This document shows, piece after piece, positions 12,880 through 25,180 of a stretch of DNA of 64,000 nucleotides. The DNA comes from Lama glama (Eukaryota). The notes beneath the pieces were generated by a model, which saw only the letters and a program-made list of their open reading frames with translations, did no database searches and was not told the DNA's origin. The stretch is from positions 28,646,001 to 28,710,000 of the forward strand of contig CM052817.1 of assembly GCA_028534125.1 (NCBI GenBank), read 5' to 3'. How positions within the stretch are numbered: the stretch's first letter is position 1; each line of letters opens with the position of its first letter. The translations under genes and the position numbers were made by a program.

Positions 12880-15800
12880 GAAATAGATAAAGTCAGTTCA
12901 GTGCACACAACTCTGGCAAATACAGAGAGCGTAATTTGTGATTGTGTTGCATTCCGAGGGCTGCTCTAACAAATTACCACAGACCTGGTGGCTTAAAACA
13001 ACACAACTTTATTCTGTCACGGTTCTAGAGACCAGAAGGCTGAAATCAAGGCATTGGCAGAGTCACACTCTCTCCTTAGGCTCTCGGGGAGAATCTTTCC
13101 TTGCTTCTCCCAGTTTCTGCTGACTCCTGTATTTCTTGGTTTGTGGCAACATTACTCCAACCCCTGCCTCTATTATCACATGGCGTCTGTGTCTCTGTGC
13201 ATCCTTCTCTATCTTTTATAAGGATGCTCTCATTAGATCTCAAGTTCACTCTAATTTAGTGTGATCCATCTCTATCATTACCTAATTACATCTGCAAATG
13301 CCCTATTTCCAAATAAGGCCACATTCTGAGGTGCCAAGTGGATGTGAAATTCTGGGGGATGTTATCCAACCAACTAGAGTGATTGTATTTAATTTGCTGA
13401 AGTGTCGAAGCGAAAATCCACTAGTGAGGTATGGGAATCTGAAACTCTGTGGTGCATGATGATAAAATAGTTAAGTTATCTCCCTAAAATGATGGCAAGG
13501 CTCTAAGGGTTACATTGCTACTTCCAAACATGAAGTCTATAAGGAAGTCAAGGACTGTGGGGCGAGGTAGCTGCCTTTACAGCACTAAATACCTTAAGAG
13601 AAGAGAATGAGAAGGTAAAATCTCCAAAATATCTATAATTTTGGCTCAGGGTCCAGATGGAAGCCTAGAGAGTATAATTATATTAAAAGAACAGCAATAC
13701 TTTCAATATCAAATGATGATTATATCTCAAAATTTAAAACACAGTTTTATCCTACAGATTGACAAAGTTTGACATCAACTGAATTCACAGTTGTTTCAGG
13801 ACAATTATTGGAAGATGATGGCACTGCTAGGGGAAGAGGAAACCAGAACTGGGATAGATTTGTACAGAGGAATTCAGAGGATTCAGCACATCCTGTATCC
13901 ACAAACCCAGTCTGCCAAAATAGTCCTTTCTCTTGTTTCCTCCACAGTATTTCTGTGTGCAGCTGACCATGTCACCAAATGAAAGGAAGCCAGTTCTCTC
14001 TGGGCTCCATCCTTACTCTCCCTGTTACAAATCCAGGTCCATAGTGACAGTCATATCACAGCTCAATTCTTGAATGATTACGCAGTTGAAAACCAGTCCA
14101 GGGAAGCTAAGAGGAGCATGCCAAAAATTTTTAAGCTTTTTCAATTTTATCTTGGCAAAAATTTGCGTAATCAGAAAGGAAATTAATTTAAGGGCTCTAG
14201 AGAGGGGGAGAATATGTCAGGTGACGTACAATTTTAATATGAGTGCACTTACTGCTGATTCCAAGATCGTTTTACGCTGAGAGCTTGAATGTGGTTCTAA
14301 TGGCTTTCTCAGTTGAGTAACTGAAATCTTTACTAAAGAGTTGCCCTTGCTAAACTGAGTTGAGATGCCAAAGAAACAACTTGGTATGGTTTGAAAAAAG
14401 GATCAAAATGCTTAGAGAAATGTTAGAGTGAATTTGGAAAGAAGCCTATCAGAGTGGATTTGTCGGTTATGACTCAGCTATCTTCTATTTCCCAGAAGAC
14501 AAGGCCAGCCTTAATTGTATTAAGAAATGCATTTTTGCTGGAGCACCAGTAGCTTTAAAAGTCTTTGTGTGATTTTGTTGGGCTAGAATGCTGATTAGAG
14601 AAACTTCAACGCTGTGGTTGAAATGGACTCTGATTCCCATGGGCAGAAAGTTATCAGGCAGGTGAGTCAAAAGAGTGATATAAATACCACAGGCAGATTT
14701 TCAGCAATAACCATTTCAGGCTGCCATATGTCATAATTATCATTATCACTTAACCCCCAGTGATCTTTATGGCAAACTCTTTGACCACAACATTAATATA
14801 GAGTGTGCACTAGGGCCATACTTGATTTACACACCTGGGAAAAATATCTCCAAATGAGGTGGGCAGAATTCTAGAATGAGTCATTTCAGTGGAGAGTCAT
14901 AACGTCTCACTGAATTTTCAGAACTAAATCCCTTAACAGACCTAGTACCCTTGAAGTAAGAGGATATCTGGTACTCATGAGAAAAGATCCTATAGTGAAA
15001 ATTGCAAACAAATGCTAAGAAGATACTTCCTGGCCTTTTCCTGCCAAATTTACTATTGAGCACTGACTCTGAATGGATACTACCTCTTGGGCAAATAGAC
15101 AAAGGTGTTGTTGAAGATCAAATGAAAAATAGAATTTTGTCCTATATCCACCTTACCATACACCCAGTAGGACACTTGTGTTTGGCTTTCCTACTTCCAG
15201 AGTTCATGGTTTCTAGAAATAATGCAAGCAGTTGGCAGGATCCTGAGTAAGAGTTATTACAGAAGGAGGAGTCAAGCCACTATAGTCCATCCTAAGAAAA
15301 TAGTGAATAAAAAGCAATACTGTATCACTAGAAAAGTCAAAGAAATAAGTACCACCGTCAAAGACTAAAGATGCAAGAGAAATGATTTATATCACAGCCC
15401 ATTTAACTCTCAGATTTGACCACTTTCAAAGACAGATGGGGTTTTGAGAATGACTGAATTATTGTAAGCTTAATTAGGTGAGGTATCTGATTGCAGCTGC
15501 TATTCCAGATGTGGAATGGTAGCAAATCAGCAGAGTAGAAAAGGGCAGGTTAATGCTGATTTTTGCCCACTAGGATGAAGTTCCTGAGGTATATCTTGCT
15601 GTCTCCTTTACACGCTAGAGAGAGATGCTGAAGTATAAATATACACTAATTTCTGGTCAATTGCTAACAGGTTTTCTGGGTTTTCTGGAACTTGGGAGGA
15701 ATAATATTGGAGTTCTTGGGGTAAGAAGCTCTGAAGGAGTTGTAAAAAGATATATAGCTTAAGGATGAGTCCAAACTATGGGAATAACTTTGTCCCACGT

Positions 15801-15930
15801 GAACATGTACTAAGGCTCTCACTGCAGAGAAAGCTGTTCACTCGGGTGTTCAGAAAGACCCAGTCAGAAAGCTAATGTGGCTGCCCTCTGCCACAGCAGG
15901 GCTTATTTGTTGGCTTATAAATACGGTATC
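12880..15930 (+). pseudogene. ERVL-class provirus internal remnant (decayed gag, protease, RT N-terminus, RNase H), interrupted by MLT1
   Basis: 15310-15515 decodes with frameshifts to KQY..EISTTVKD.KDA..SPFNS.I.P.KTDG..RMT..Y.KLN..IAAAIPDV, the ERVL RT signature. 15640-15840 resembles RNase H (YT.SW.ANG...GTW; V.HVN). Gag-like motifs at 13490-14570. Confidence 0.8.
12943..13377 (-). mobile_element. MLT1 (MaLR) solo LTR inserted in ERVL internal region
   Basis: gggctgctctaacaaattaccacagacctggtggcttaaaacaac...taattacatctgcaaatgccctatttccaaataaggccacattctgaggt. Confidence 0.9.
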
Positions 15931-15964
15931 TATGGAGAGAGTATCTAGACTTTGAATGACAGAT

Positions 15965-16360
15965 TGTATTTCATTTGCTCCGCCTTGCATCCCCTGCCCT
16001 GGTCCTAAAAATTTTATTTTCTAAGATCCCTTGCTAATTGGCTTCCAGTTAGGGTTGGTCAATGGGATGCACTGGTGCAATATTGGAGGGAAGGAGGAAA
16101 GGAAAAACTAGAGTGTTTTTCTCTTTCTCCAGCTCCAGTGGAATCTACAATGATAGATTCTTCTCTCCAGTAGTTTCAGCTTCTGCCAGGCAGCCGCAGT
16201 TCCTACAGTCCAATAGCCACTTCTTCCCTATGTCTCCCCTCCCTAAGGATGGTGGCGACTAACCCCTACTTGCCTCGCTAATAACCCTGTCTGACTTTTA
16301 GTTTCTTTCAAAACCTTCATTCTGGCTTTTTGTTTTGCTATGTGGCTCCTAATCGACACA
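15965..16360. mobile_element. LTR33-like ERVL LTR
   Basis: ggcttccagttagggttggtcaatgggatgcactggtgcaatattggagggaaggagga motif; ends near cctaatcgacaca. Confidence 0.55.
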
Positions 16361-17059
16361 TCAGGCTTTCAGGAACCATAGTGGAAATAGGTGCTGACTT
16401 CAACCTTCATTGTTTCCGTTTCAATGGCTTCTCTTTACTCACTGAGTCATTTTTAGGTTTGAAATATTGGTTTCTCATCTTCACTTTTTTGGCTATTTCT
16501 GAGCCTTGTCCTCTCAGTACCACATTCACCTTATTGAAATCATGCTGGCTCAGAGTCTGTCCTTAAACCTTGCATATTCAAAATATGATTTATTGATACA
16601 CCAAGAATGCATGTTTTTAAGTGTAGGCTTAAATAAAAAGCTCATAAGAATGATATACAAATATAACAAGTTAATCAATTAGTAATGACAACTTCTGCTT
16701 GTGTCCTCTTTTCTACCTTAAAAAAGACCCTCATGGGAACTCAAGCCAAAGAGCTCTTATTTTCTAATTGAATGTTTCCTTTTCACATAGAGAGTGTTCA
16801 GAAAAATCATTATGGTTTCTTAACCTTAATCAGCTTTTTAAATATTGATAGCCATAGAATAACTGCATAAGGTAACAGTTGACTCTGTCCAAATCCTGCT
16901 TTTATACCATTACAAGGGCAAATAGAGTCAATGTCATTGACTCTTGTTGTATAATCTGAGACTTGGCAATCGTTTCTATTTTTTCTAAAAAAATACATAT
17001 CTTGGGAGGAGGTGGAATTAATTGTGTTACTCTTGAAATAAAATTATTTAGAATTTCCT

Positions 17060-19295
17060 CTATTACATGATTTTGAAGATTGATTTACATCTTTTCCATC
17101 CTAAAATCCTACTAAATTAGAAAGATAAAACCTACAAAGGCAAGGAGAAAAAAAGTGAGAAAAGTAAAGCAGATGGATAAATGATAACTAATGTGCCAAA
17201 CCTGATAAAGCAGAAACTCAATTATGCAACGCAGAAACCAAAACCAAGCTGATCTCCTTTAGAAATCCAGAAGGATTAAGGAATTGGAAGAACAACATAA
17301 TTCTGAAAGTAGGAGCAGCAGTGAGGATAAAAATAAGAGCAGTGATTGAAAGTCTATATAAGTAAGTATTAGATTCCAGAATTCCCTTTTTGGTGTTAAT
17401 CTAGATGAACTGGACTGTGGAGGAAACCAGGCACAGGTAAGAGCAGAAGGTACCATATTGAAAATCAGACACATCCAGCTCTCTTCCCTTAGTCCACTTC
17501 CAAACTGTTGGCAGCCAAATGTATATTTCCCAGGTAGCAGACAAAATTATTTCATTTTCAAGAAAAATGATCCCAAGAGAACAAACTCCAGGTTATGTGG
17601 ATCTCCAAAAGGTTGAGATCACCTTACTATGAATCTTATCTGATAACAAGTGTTCTTTCTCCAAAAGCACATACAAAGATTCAGAAGATTTAGTGTAACA
17701 GCCTTAAATAGAAACATTTAACCAAAGATCAATAGACATTTCAAAAAAATCCTTTGATGTGAAAGAGACTAAAACAGTGAAAAGGAAGTCAGAAAATCAG
17801 GGAGAGCCGAGGATACAGGAAGACTCCAAATGTCTTTCTTTAATATCCTAAGGGACAAAATAAAAAAGATACTGCCACTCTGAAACAAGCACAGACAACT
17901 ACTGAAGAACATGCAAAGAACAAAAGAGATTTAAGAAATTAAAAATAGTAAAATGAAAATCCTTTACAATGATAAAAAGATGAATTTGAAGACATCTTCT
18001 AGAAAACAGATTAAAAGACAAAGTAGGAAAGAAAAGATTAGATTAGCACAAATTCTACACTAAAATAACAGTGATTTTCAAATAGAAGGAACAAAGAGAA
18101 AGAAACTATCAAATAAATAATATGGCAAAATATTACAGAATCAAAGGAACTAGCTTCCAGATGTAAAGATAGCTTGGTGCCTAGCGCAATGGTTGGAGAA
18201 AGATCCACATCAAAGCAATTACTAGAATTTAAGAATACCAGGTTCAAAAGAAGAAAGCAGATAAATAAATAAGTAAATAAAAGGACCCCAATGTTCAGAA
18301 ATCAGATTGGCTTTAGATTTCTCAGTAGCAACCCTGGGAGTTAGAAGACAACAGAGCATTATCATCAAATTTTGGGGAAAAACTGATTGCATCATAGAAT
18401 TGTAGGCATCGTCAAACTCTGAAGTTGATAGTAAAATAAGATCTTTTCAGACAATCAAAAACCATTTCTTAAATCACTTCTCAGAAAGCAACTTGAAGAT
18501 ATGCTCCAGCTAAACGAGGAATTAAACCAAGAAAAAGAAAAATGTGGGGACTCTGTCATGAGAGGGATGATGCCTAGAAGAGATGTGAAGGAACTCAACA
18601 GGCTGATGGTGTATGGAGCTGCCAGTGCCAGGACAATGCTGCCCAGTGGACCCAGACAACAGCTAGATTGGAAATGATGATGGGACGATTCCAGGAGTGA
18701 TGTTAATGGAAAAGATAAAGTGCACTAAGAGGAGGCACATTTGGGAGGCCAGTTGTGGTAGGTTCATTAAAATGAGTGAATATTTAAAAAGAGAAAGAGT
18801 GAAAAATGAATAAATTAAATAAATAACCTCCAGGAATAAAAATGTAGAAGAATGGAAGTGATGTCACTGTCCTGCAGAATGAATGCTGAAGAGGAGTTTG
18901 TTGGTATATTACATTGCTCAGCTGTTAATATTTTCCTATCAAAATAATAACTGAATGTTGATATACAAACAAAATCATAATATAGCTGCATTAAAGATAA
19001 CTGAGGCAAAATGCTTGTGATAAGACTGGGTATAGAGAGCTAAATCAATATCATTCTCAATAGGAAAGTTAGCATGTAACATACAAAGATGTAAATACGA
19101 AATGGCAATATGAACTAATGTGGATGTAAATGCCAAAAGAATCATCTAAGAAAGTCATATGAAGTGGGGTGCAGAGGGAGGATTTGCTGAAAACTGGCTG
19201 AAAGGAAGATGGGGAAATGATTACTGCTTCTTGTAAAATGCTTTGGGGGGATACCTGGCTTTGTAGACATACTACTTGATTAAAAATAAAAATTA
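17060..19295 (+). mobile_element. HAL1 / ancient L1 ORF1-like element
   Basis: A-rich ORF1-like remnant (atcagattggctttagatttctcagtagcaaccctgggagttagaagacaa, read as IRLALDFSVATLGVRRQ); no ORF2 follows; ends ttgattaaaaataaaa. Confidence 0.7.
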
Positions 19296-20889
19296 CAAAT
19301 CATTAGTAATTATGATGAAAAGAAGAATCCAAGACAGTCTAACATGCTCACTCCAGGCCTGAGATGAAAGTACTCCTGCCCCAGACTGATCATTCTGTGG
19401 ACCCCAGCCCCTCTAACCCATGGAAAGGTCTGCATACTCATCAGCAACACTTGCCACTGGGACCTTCTTTTCCCGTCTCCATGCCCAAGCAGCAATTCTT
19501 CCAGACACATACTCTCTCTTCAGATATGTTAATACATTAATTCTGTCACAGAAAGTGTTCCAGGTGAGGAGGTCATTCTGTCTCTAAAGAGTAATTTTTT
19601 GCCAAGTGTGCTCTAATACCTACATGATAGCTATTATACTTTGACGTTCTTGTTTTATTTATTTAACTTCCACTTCCTGAAATATGTTTATCTCTATCCC
19701 CTCAAAATAGAAAACCTGCCAACTCTGATTCAAAAGCTACATCCTTCTTTATCATTGTAACTTACTTTTTAACAACCTGTCTTAGACGCATTAATTCATG
19801 CTTAAAGACCCATAGTCTTTGGAGACATGTTACAACACACATGCTCTTTTCAGAATAGAAGTTAATTCACTGACAGTTTTTTAAAAAGTATATTTTTATG
19901 GTTATCTGCTCAATGGTTAATACATTAAATTGGCAGCAGTGTTAACTTTGGGATTTATTATCTACAGATAATAAGAGTGTAAAACATTATTAATTAGGAC
20001 CTCTGTGGAAATGTAACTCTTTAGGAATTAAATTGATTTTTAAAATAATGTTGATAAAAATTTGACCTTAGAGCTCAATTAATTTTTTATCTTATTCCAA
20101 GGACAGTACACACAATCATATGAAGATACAGTAAGATGCATTCTGTGTTTCTTGCTAGCTCAGTCAGTTCTGAAGGTACCAACTGGAAAAAGCTTACACA
20201 AATCAATGATTTCACCTTTTGTGGAATTGGACAATCCATATCTCTTTTCAGCACTAATGTTCACACTGTAGAATTCCTTGGCAAACGCTGACCAGATCTA
20301 TTAGCAGTGAGTATATCTATGAATGGGCTTCAAGAACAACAGGGTATAACATTGCCTCCCAAATCTAGATGTATTTTTTTTTTAACCAAGACTTTAGGAG
20401 TGTTTTAAGACTGCACAAAGGATAGACTCATTGAACAGTACATATTATCAATAATATAAAACTATTCTGCATGAAAATAGGGCATATTTCAGATCTTTTT
20501 CATCAGTAAATTAAAATATCTATCTAGTGTTTTTATTAATTTAAAAAAATTCACAACGTATATAGTTTTTGTTTGGACTCTTGCTTTGGATTTAGAGATT
20601 ACATCTTCCAAACTGTACTGAGGTCACAGTTGGTTTCTTTAGGTCAAACAAGTCTAGATTACTTGGTAAGTAGCAGTAAGGTGGTGTTGTCTTTGTTGTT
20701 GTCTGAAGTATTACCATAGGAATCCTGCATTATTTACCAGTGAGACTGATTGGAAGAAACAAAGAGTTAAAAGAAAACACTAAGATTATTCAAAAAGGAA
20801 GAAACACTAGATATTATCTAATAAAATCCTACCAAAATGAGAAGCCCTCTTGAAAGATGTTCTTCTAGTGTCTGCCTGAATCATTTCAG

Positions 20890-21230
20890 GGAAACAACCA
20901 CCACAAATGTGTGCATACCTGATCTGACTGAATCCGAGCTTTTCCTTGGATAATACCGTAGTTTGGCTCTATGATATTGTTTCTACCTTCTGCTTCTAAA
21001 CGAAAACACTTACAATATTTGAAGACTGTTACTGCGATCCTTGCTGGTCTAGTCCCCCACAGTATAACTATTCCCACGTCCTCATTTGTTCCTTTTTGAG
21101 TCATGGTGTCTTTATCCTTTGCTAAATGGACATCTAAGTCCAGAGTGACCCAGGGTCAAAAGCAACTGTCTTAATATGCAGTTTCAAGAGTGGAAGAGAA
21201 TAATCTGGAAGTGGGAATCTACTTATCCAG
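20890..21230 (-). mobile_element. CR1/L3 LINE fragment (ORF2 C-terminal region)
   Basis: ORF peptide GIVILWGTRPARIAVTVFKYCK aligns loosely with the CR1 motif [23 protein letters not shown]; collinear with the clearer fragment at 21990-22320. Confidence 0.45.
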
Positions 21231-21284
21231 ACCAATGATTTTGAAGATTTAAATCCTCTCTCTCCCATGAAATGTTTGTAATTT

Positions 21285-21688
21285 ATTCATTCATTTATAT
21301 TGAGTTGTAATTAACATACAATATTGTATTAGTGTCAGGTGTACAACAAACTGATTTCGTATTTTTATACACTATGAAATGATCACTGCAGTAAGACCAG
21401 TTACCATCTGCCACCACACAAAGTTTTTAAAATATTGACTATATTCCCTATGCTGTACATTATATCCCAGTGACTTATTTATTTTACCAGTGGGAACTTT
21501 GTACTTCTTAATCCCCTTCACCTATTTTACCTGCCCCTCACCCCTCTGCGTTCTGATGACCACCAGTTTATTCTCTGTATCTGATTCTGTTCCTATTTCA
21601 TTTTCTTTGTTTTCTTTTTTAAATTCTACATGTAAGTGAAATCATATAGTACTTGTTTTTCTCTGTCTGACTTATTTCATTTAGCATT
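21285..21688 (-). mobile_element. L1 3'-UTR fragment inserted within CR1/L3
   Basis: Reverse complement is closely related to 6240-6640 (acatgtaagtgaaatcatatagtacttgtttttctctgtctgacttatttcatttagcat). Confidence 0.9.
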
Positions 21689-21989
21689 GGAGCACTTATT
21701 TTAAATACATACCCTCAGAAATTGGTAGAACTGGATTGAATATGAATATTTAAGAAAGCTTGCAAAGAATTCTAACCTGAATAGTCTAGAAAGCATACCT
21801 GGAGAAGCCTTAATCTAGACTTATATTAAAAAATAATATAACATCCCGTGATTACTATTGGTACCATTAAGTTTAAAGTAAACTCAGTGTGACTGTTAAG
21901 CTAAATGTCCCAGTCGTATGCTTCTGCAACTGATAATTTCATGGTATATTTAGAATTTCTATTTTTCCTGTTAAGAATATTAATTTGGG

Positions 21990-22320
21990 TCTGGAAGTTA
22001 AGTCTGTTGGGTAAAACAACTGAACCTTGATTCTGTCATCTGAAACATTTGCTTCCCCTGCCAACGCTGCATCACTTACAGATTTGATAAATGTCCCTTC
22101 ACCTAAGTCATTGATGAAAATTTATAAGGCTAAATAGAGAATCTTATGACATGCCATGAGATACCTCCCTCCAAGGTGACAATCGTTTGTTAAACAACAC
22201 ATTTGGGGGTAGTTATGCATTTACTGAACTGCTCTATCACTTAACACATTTCTCTATTTTATCTACAAGCATGTCAGACCCAAAAGAATTTACGAAGTGC
22301 TTTACTGGAATTCTGATAAG
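21990..22320 (-). mobile_element. CR1/L3 LINE RT fragment
   Basis: gatttgataaatg...aagtcattgatgaaaat...acctccctccaaggtgac...catttctctattttatctacaag...tgctttactggaat matches the antisense CR1/L3 RT region. Confidence 0.75.
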
Positions 22321-22679
22321 CTGTGTCAATACTATTTCCCCACTCTCACAGATCCAGCAGAGAGAGCTCTGGAGGGGAGAGCAGTAGACAGTCATTGAGC
22401 ATCAAAGTCTTCAGAATGAATCGTCTCATTTATGACCTCCTTCTGAGATGAACTTTATATCTCCCACGAATAAGGATACAAAGGTTTAGAAAAGTTAGAT
22501 AAGTACATGATGTCACAAAACTAGAAAGCAAGAGGTCCAAGTGCCTTCTTGTATCTCACCACTTACCAGCCCTGTGGCATTATGCAAATCTCCTAATATC
22601 TCTGCAGTAAACATATTTCAAAATGTGTACTCAACTCTGAGTAACTGGTGATGCCCTGAATTCTGACAATTAATTCACA

Positions 22680-23176
22680 GTATATGTAACAGAGAACCAG
22701 GATAAAAATGCTTAAAATATGCTAGCAGTTTAGCTATCTGTTATTTAAAAGTTCAAAAAAGGCAGTCTAAATCTAGTATGGTTGCTCTGTTTTATACAAT
22801 TCTCAAGAGCCTGGATTCTGTCTATCTTGTTTCTTCATCACACATTGCCTCCAATCTCAAGATCAACTCATTATTCATGATGGCTGCTCCAAGCTTCAAT
22901 TTTTACAGTCACATTTCAGGCAGCAGAAAAAAGTAAGGGTGAAGAAAAATAGACAATGCAAATTTATCTAAGGAAAGGACTGGCAGCTGCTACATAACAT
23001 TTCATAAGACGTGTATATCTCAGTGTCCGAAAGTTAGTCCAATAGCCGTGTCTTGCTGCAAAGAAGGCTAGAAAATGCATTTGTAAATTCTGTATGCCCA
23101 TGTGCCCAATTAGGTATTCTATTACTATAGACTAAAGAAAACGGATTTTGGAAGGCAACTGTGATTCTCTGTGACA
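22680..23176 (-). mobile_element. Old MLT1 (J/K/L-like) LTR
   Basis: gatggctgctccaagc...acatttcaggcagcagaa...gctgcaaagaaggctagaaaatg...ggaaggcaact motifs. Confidence 0.65.
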
Positions 23177-23299
23177 AATATACTATAAATATATAAAAAT
23201 GAGTTCAGTTTCATATACTTGTTTTTAGTGAACCCTAATGATTCCTCAAAGTGCTTTAAATATGTTCCAGAAATGTCCTAAGATTTAACACACTCAGTA

Positions 23300-23990
23300 A
23301 TTAATTTATTCATTCAGTCAACAGACATTAATAAAGAGGCCCAGACATCACACTAGACATTGGAATCTCAAGAATCAATACAAGATATAGTCCCTATCCT
23401 TAAGAATAAAAATTGTATTTTTGTGTGAAAAAAAAAACATTGTGAAAGAGATAGACTTTAAACAGATATAATAACTTTCACAGCAGAATTATATACAAAA
23501 GGACCCAGGAGAAGAGTAAGAGTAAATTAACCAAAGCCTGAAGATTTGAGAAAGGCTTCAAAAAGGTAACATTTAAACTGAACTTTAAAGGACAAATGGA
23601 TTTTTACCAGAAAAAAAAAAAGGTAGTGGGAAAAGTACTCTGGGGCAAAATAATAATATATGCTAAGGTGTAAGGAAGCAAAAAAAAGAATCATGTTGTT
23701 AGAGCAACCTGCACAATTCCACGTGAGTACAGTGAACAAGGAACAGAAGTGGAGAAGCAAATAGGGTTGGAGCTGTAAAGTGGGTACAATTTGGTAAAAG
23801 CCATGAATATGATTCCAAAGCTATTCTATAAGAATGAAGGACATTAAAGACTTTAAATAGAGAGTGATGTGACATTATCTGTGGAGTGTCCTGTTGGGCG
23901 AGGGTCGGTAGCATGAGTGGAACCTTGGAACCAGTGGCAGACTGGAGGCCCGGTGGTTACTGTACCAGTCAGTAATTCCAATGAGAGACC
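23300..23990 (-). mobile_element. L2 LINE fragment
   Basis: ttattcattcagtcaacagacattaat terminus followed by antisense L2 motifs. Confidence 0.7.
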
Positions 23991-24279
23991 CTAGGTGTGG
24001 CAAAGGGAGGGGATGAGTCACAGAGAGATCACTCCTGTTGGCTCCTCATTTACCACTGGCGTCAAAGTTCTCTTTACTGTTTACTTAGTTCCTTCCAGTT
24101 TTGAAATCATTCTTTTTTATGGGAGGACAGGGACTAAATAGAAGTAGTGAATTCTTCCAATGTTTCTACCATTTGTACTCCACTTGCTCTTAAAAAAATA
24201 TCATTTCCCCCTCGGTCTTTTTTTTTTTCTCTTACAACAATTGCTTCAACAACTGGAAATTATTAAAGCTAGTTATACA

Positions 24280-24440
24280 CAAGGTATTATGTCAAGGGCT
24301 ACATATGTAGCATTAATTATTCCTATACCTATAAATGCCTACCTGTGAGGCAATTACAATTACTGAGAGAGGTTAAGTAACTTTTCCAAGCACACCCAAG
24401 TGGTGAGTAGTGGAGCTTAGATCCAAAACTAGCTCTATGT
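24280..24440 (-). mobile_element. MIR SINE
   Basis: agagaggttaagtaacttttccaagcacacccaagtggtgagtagtggagc. Confidence 0.7.
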
Positions 24441-24577
24441 GTTAACAACTAGATAACAAGTTTGTCGATCAACGTGCAGGTAGGTTGCTTATTTGCTAAT
24501 GGATAACAAACAGACATCAGCCCGTTCTACTTATGAGCTTTTTGGATAAGCCTGTCGTTTACCTGTGACTCCTTTAC

Positions 24578-24583
<6 letters not shown>

Positions 24584-24616
<33 letters not shown>
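24584..24616. repeat. (TG)16 microsatellite
   Basis: Perfect TG dinucleotide run. Confidence 0.97.
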
Positions 24617-24619
<3 letters not shown>

Positions 24620-24889
24620 TGCACTCATGTGGTTGTCTCCACTGCCCTATGTGTCCCTTCCTCCACTTCTCTTGTACATCAAGAAGATTCACTGGAGGGA
24701 ATCCCACGTCTCTTCTTAGAGGATGGAAGCTTATGTTCGCTCACACTAAGTTCGTTTCTTCTTAAATAAGATTTTACCATAATGTATACTTTGTCTTATA
24801 CACAGGCATCCAGCTTACAGGAATCAGAGCATTTTTAATAAAGCTCACTTTCTGAATTTTGTTAAGATTCATGGAATTGTGCTGCTTAT

Positions 24890-25180
24890 TTTTTAGCTGA
24901 AATATATTTGAGATAAAACAGTTGTAAATTTAAGGTATATAACATGCTGTTTTGGTGCATTAAGTTGATTAATTAATTAATATGATTGCCATGGTAGTAA
25001 TACTTAGCATCTCTATCACCTCATATAATTACAATTTCTTTCTAGTGGTTAGAATAATTAAGATCCAGTCTCTTAGCAAGTTTGATGGTTGTAACACAAT
25101 ATCATTGTCTGTATTCTCTACATGGTACATTAGAGCTCTAGGGCTCACCATCTGTTGCACGTTTGCATCCTTTAACCACT
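24890..25180 (-). mobile_element. L1 3'-end fragment
   Basis: catctctatcacctcatataattacaatttctttctagtggttagaataattaagatccagtctcttagcaagttt. Confidence 0.7.

Noticed and set aside
20643..20665. Possible 23-nt plus-strand micro-exon (tttctttAG...TTG|GTAAGT)
   Set aside because: Short pyrimidine tract, competing upstream AG, frame-shifting length and no partner exons; likely chance.
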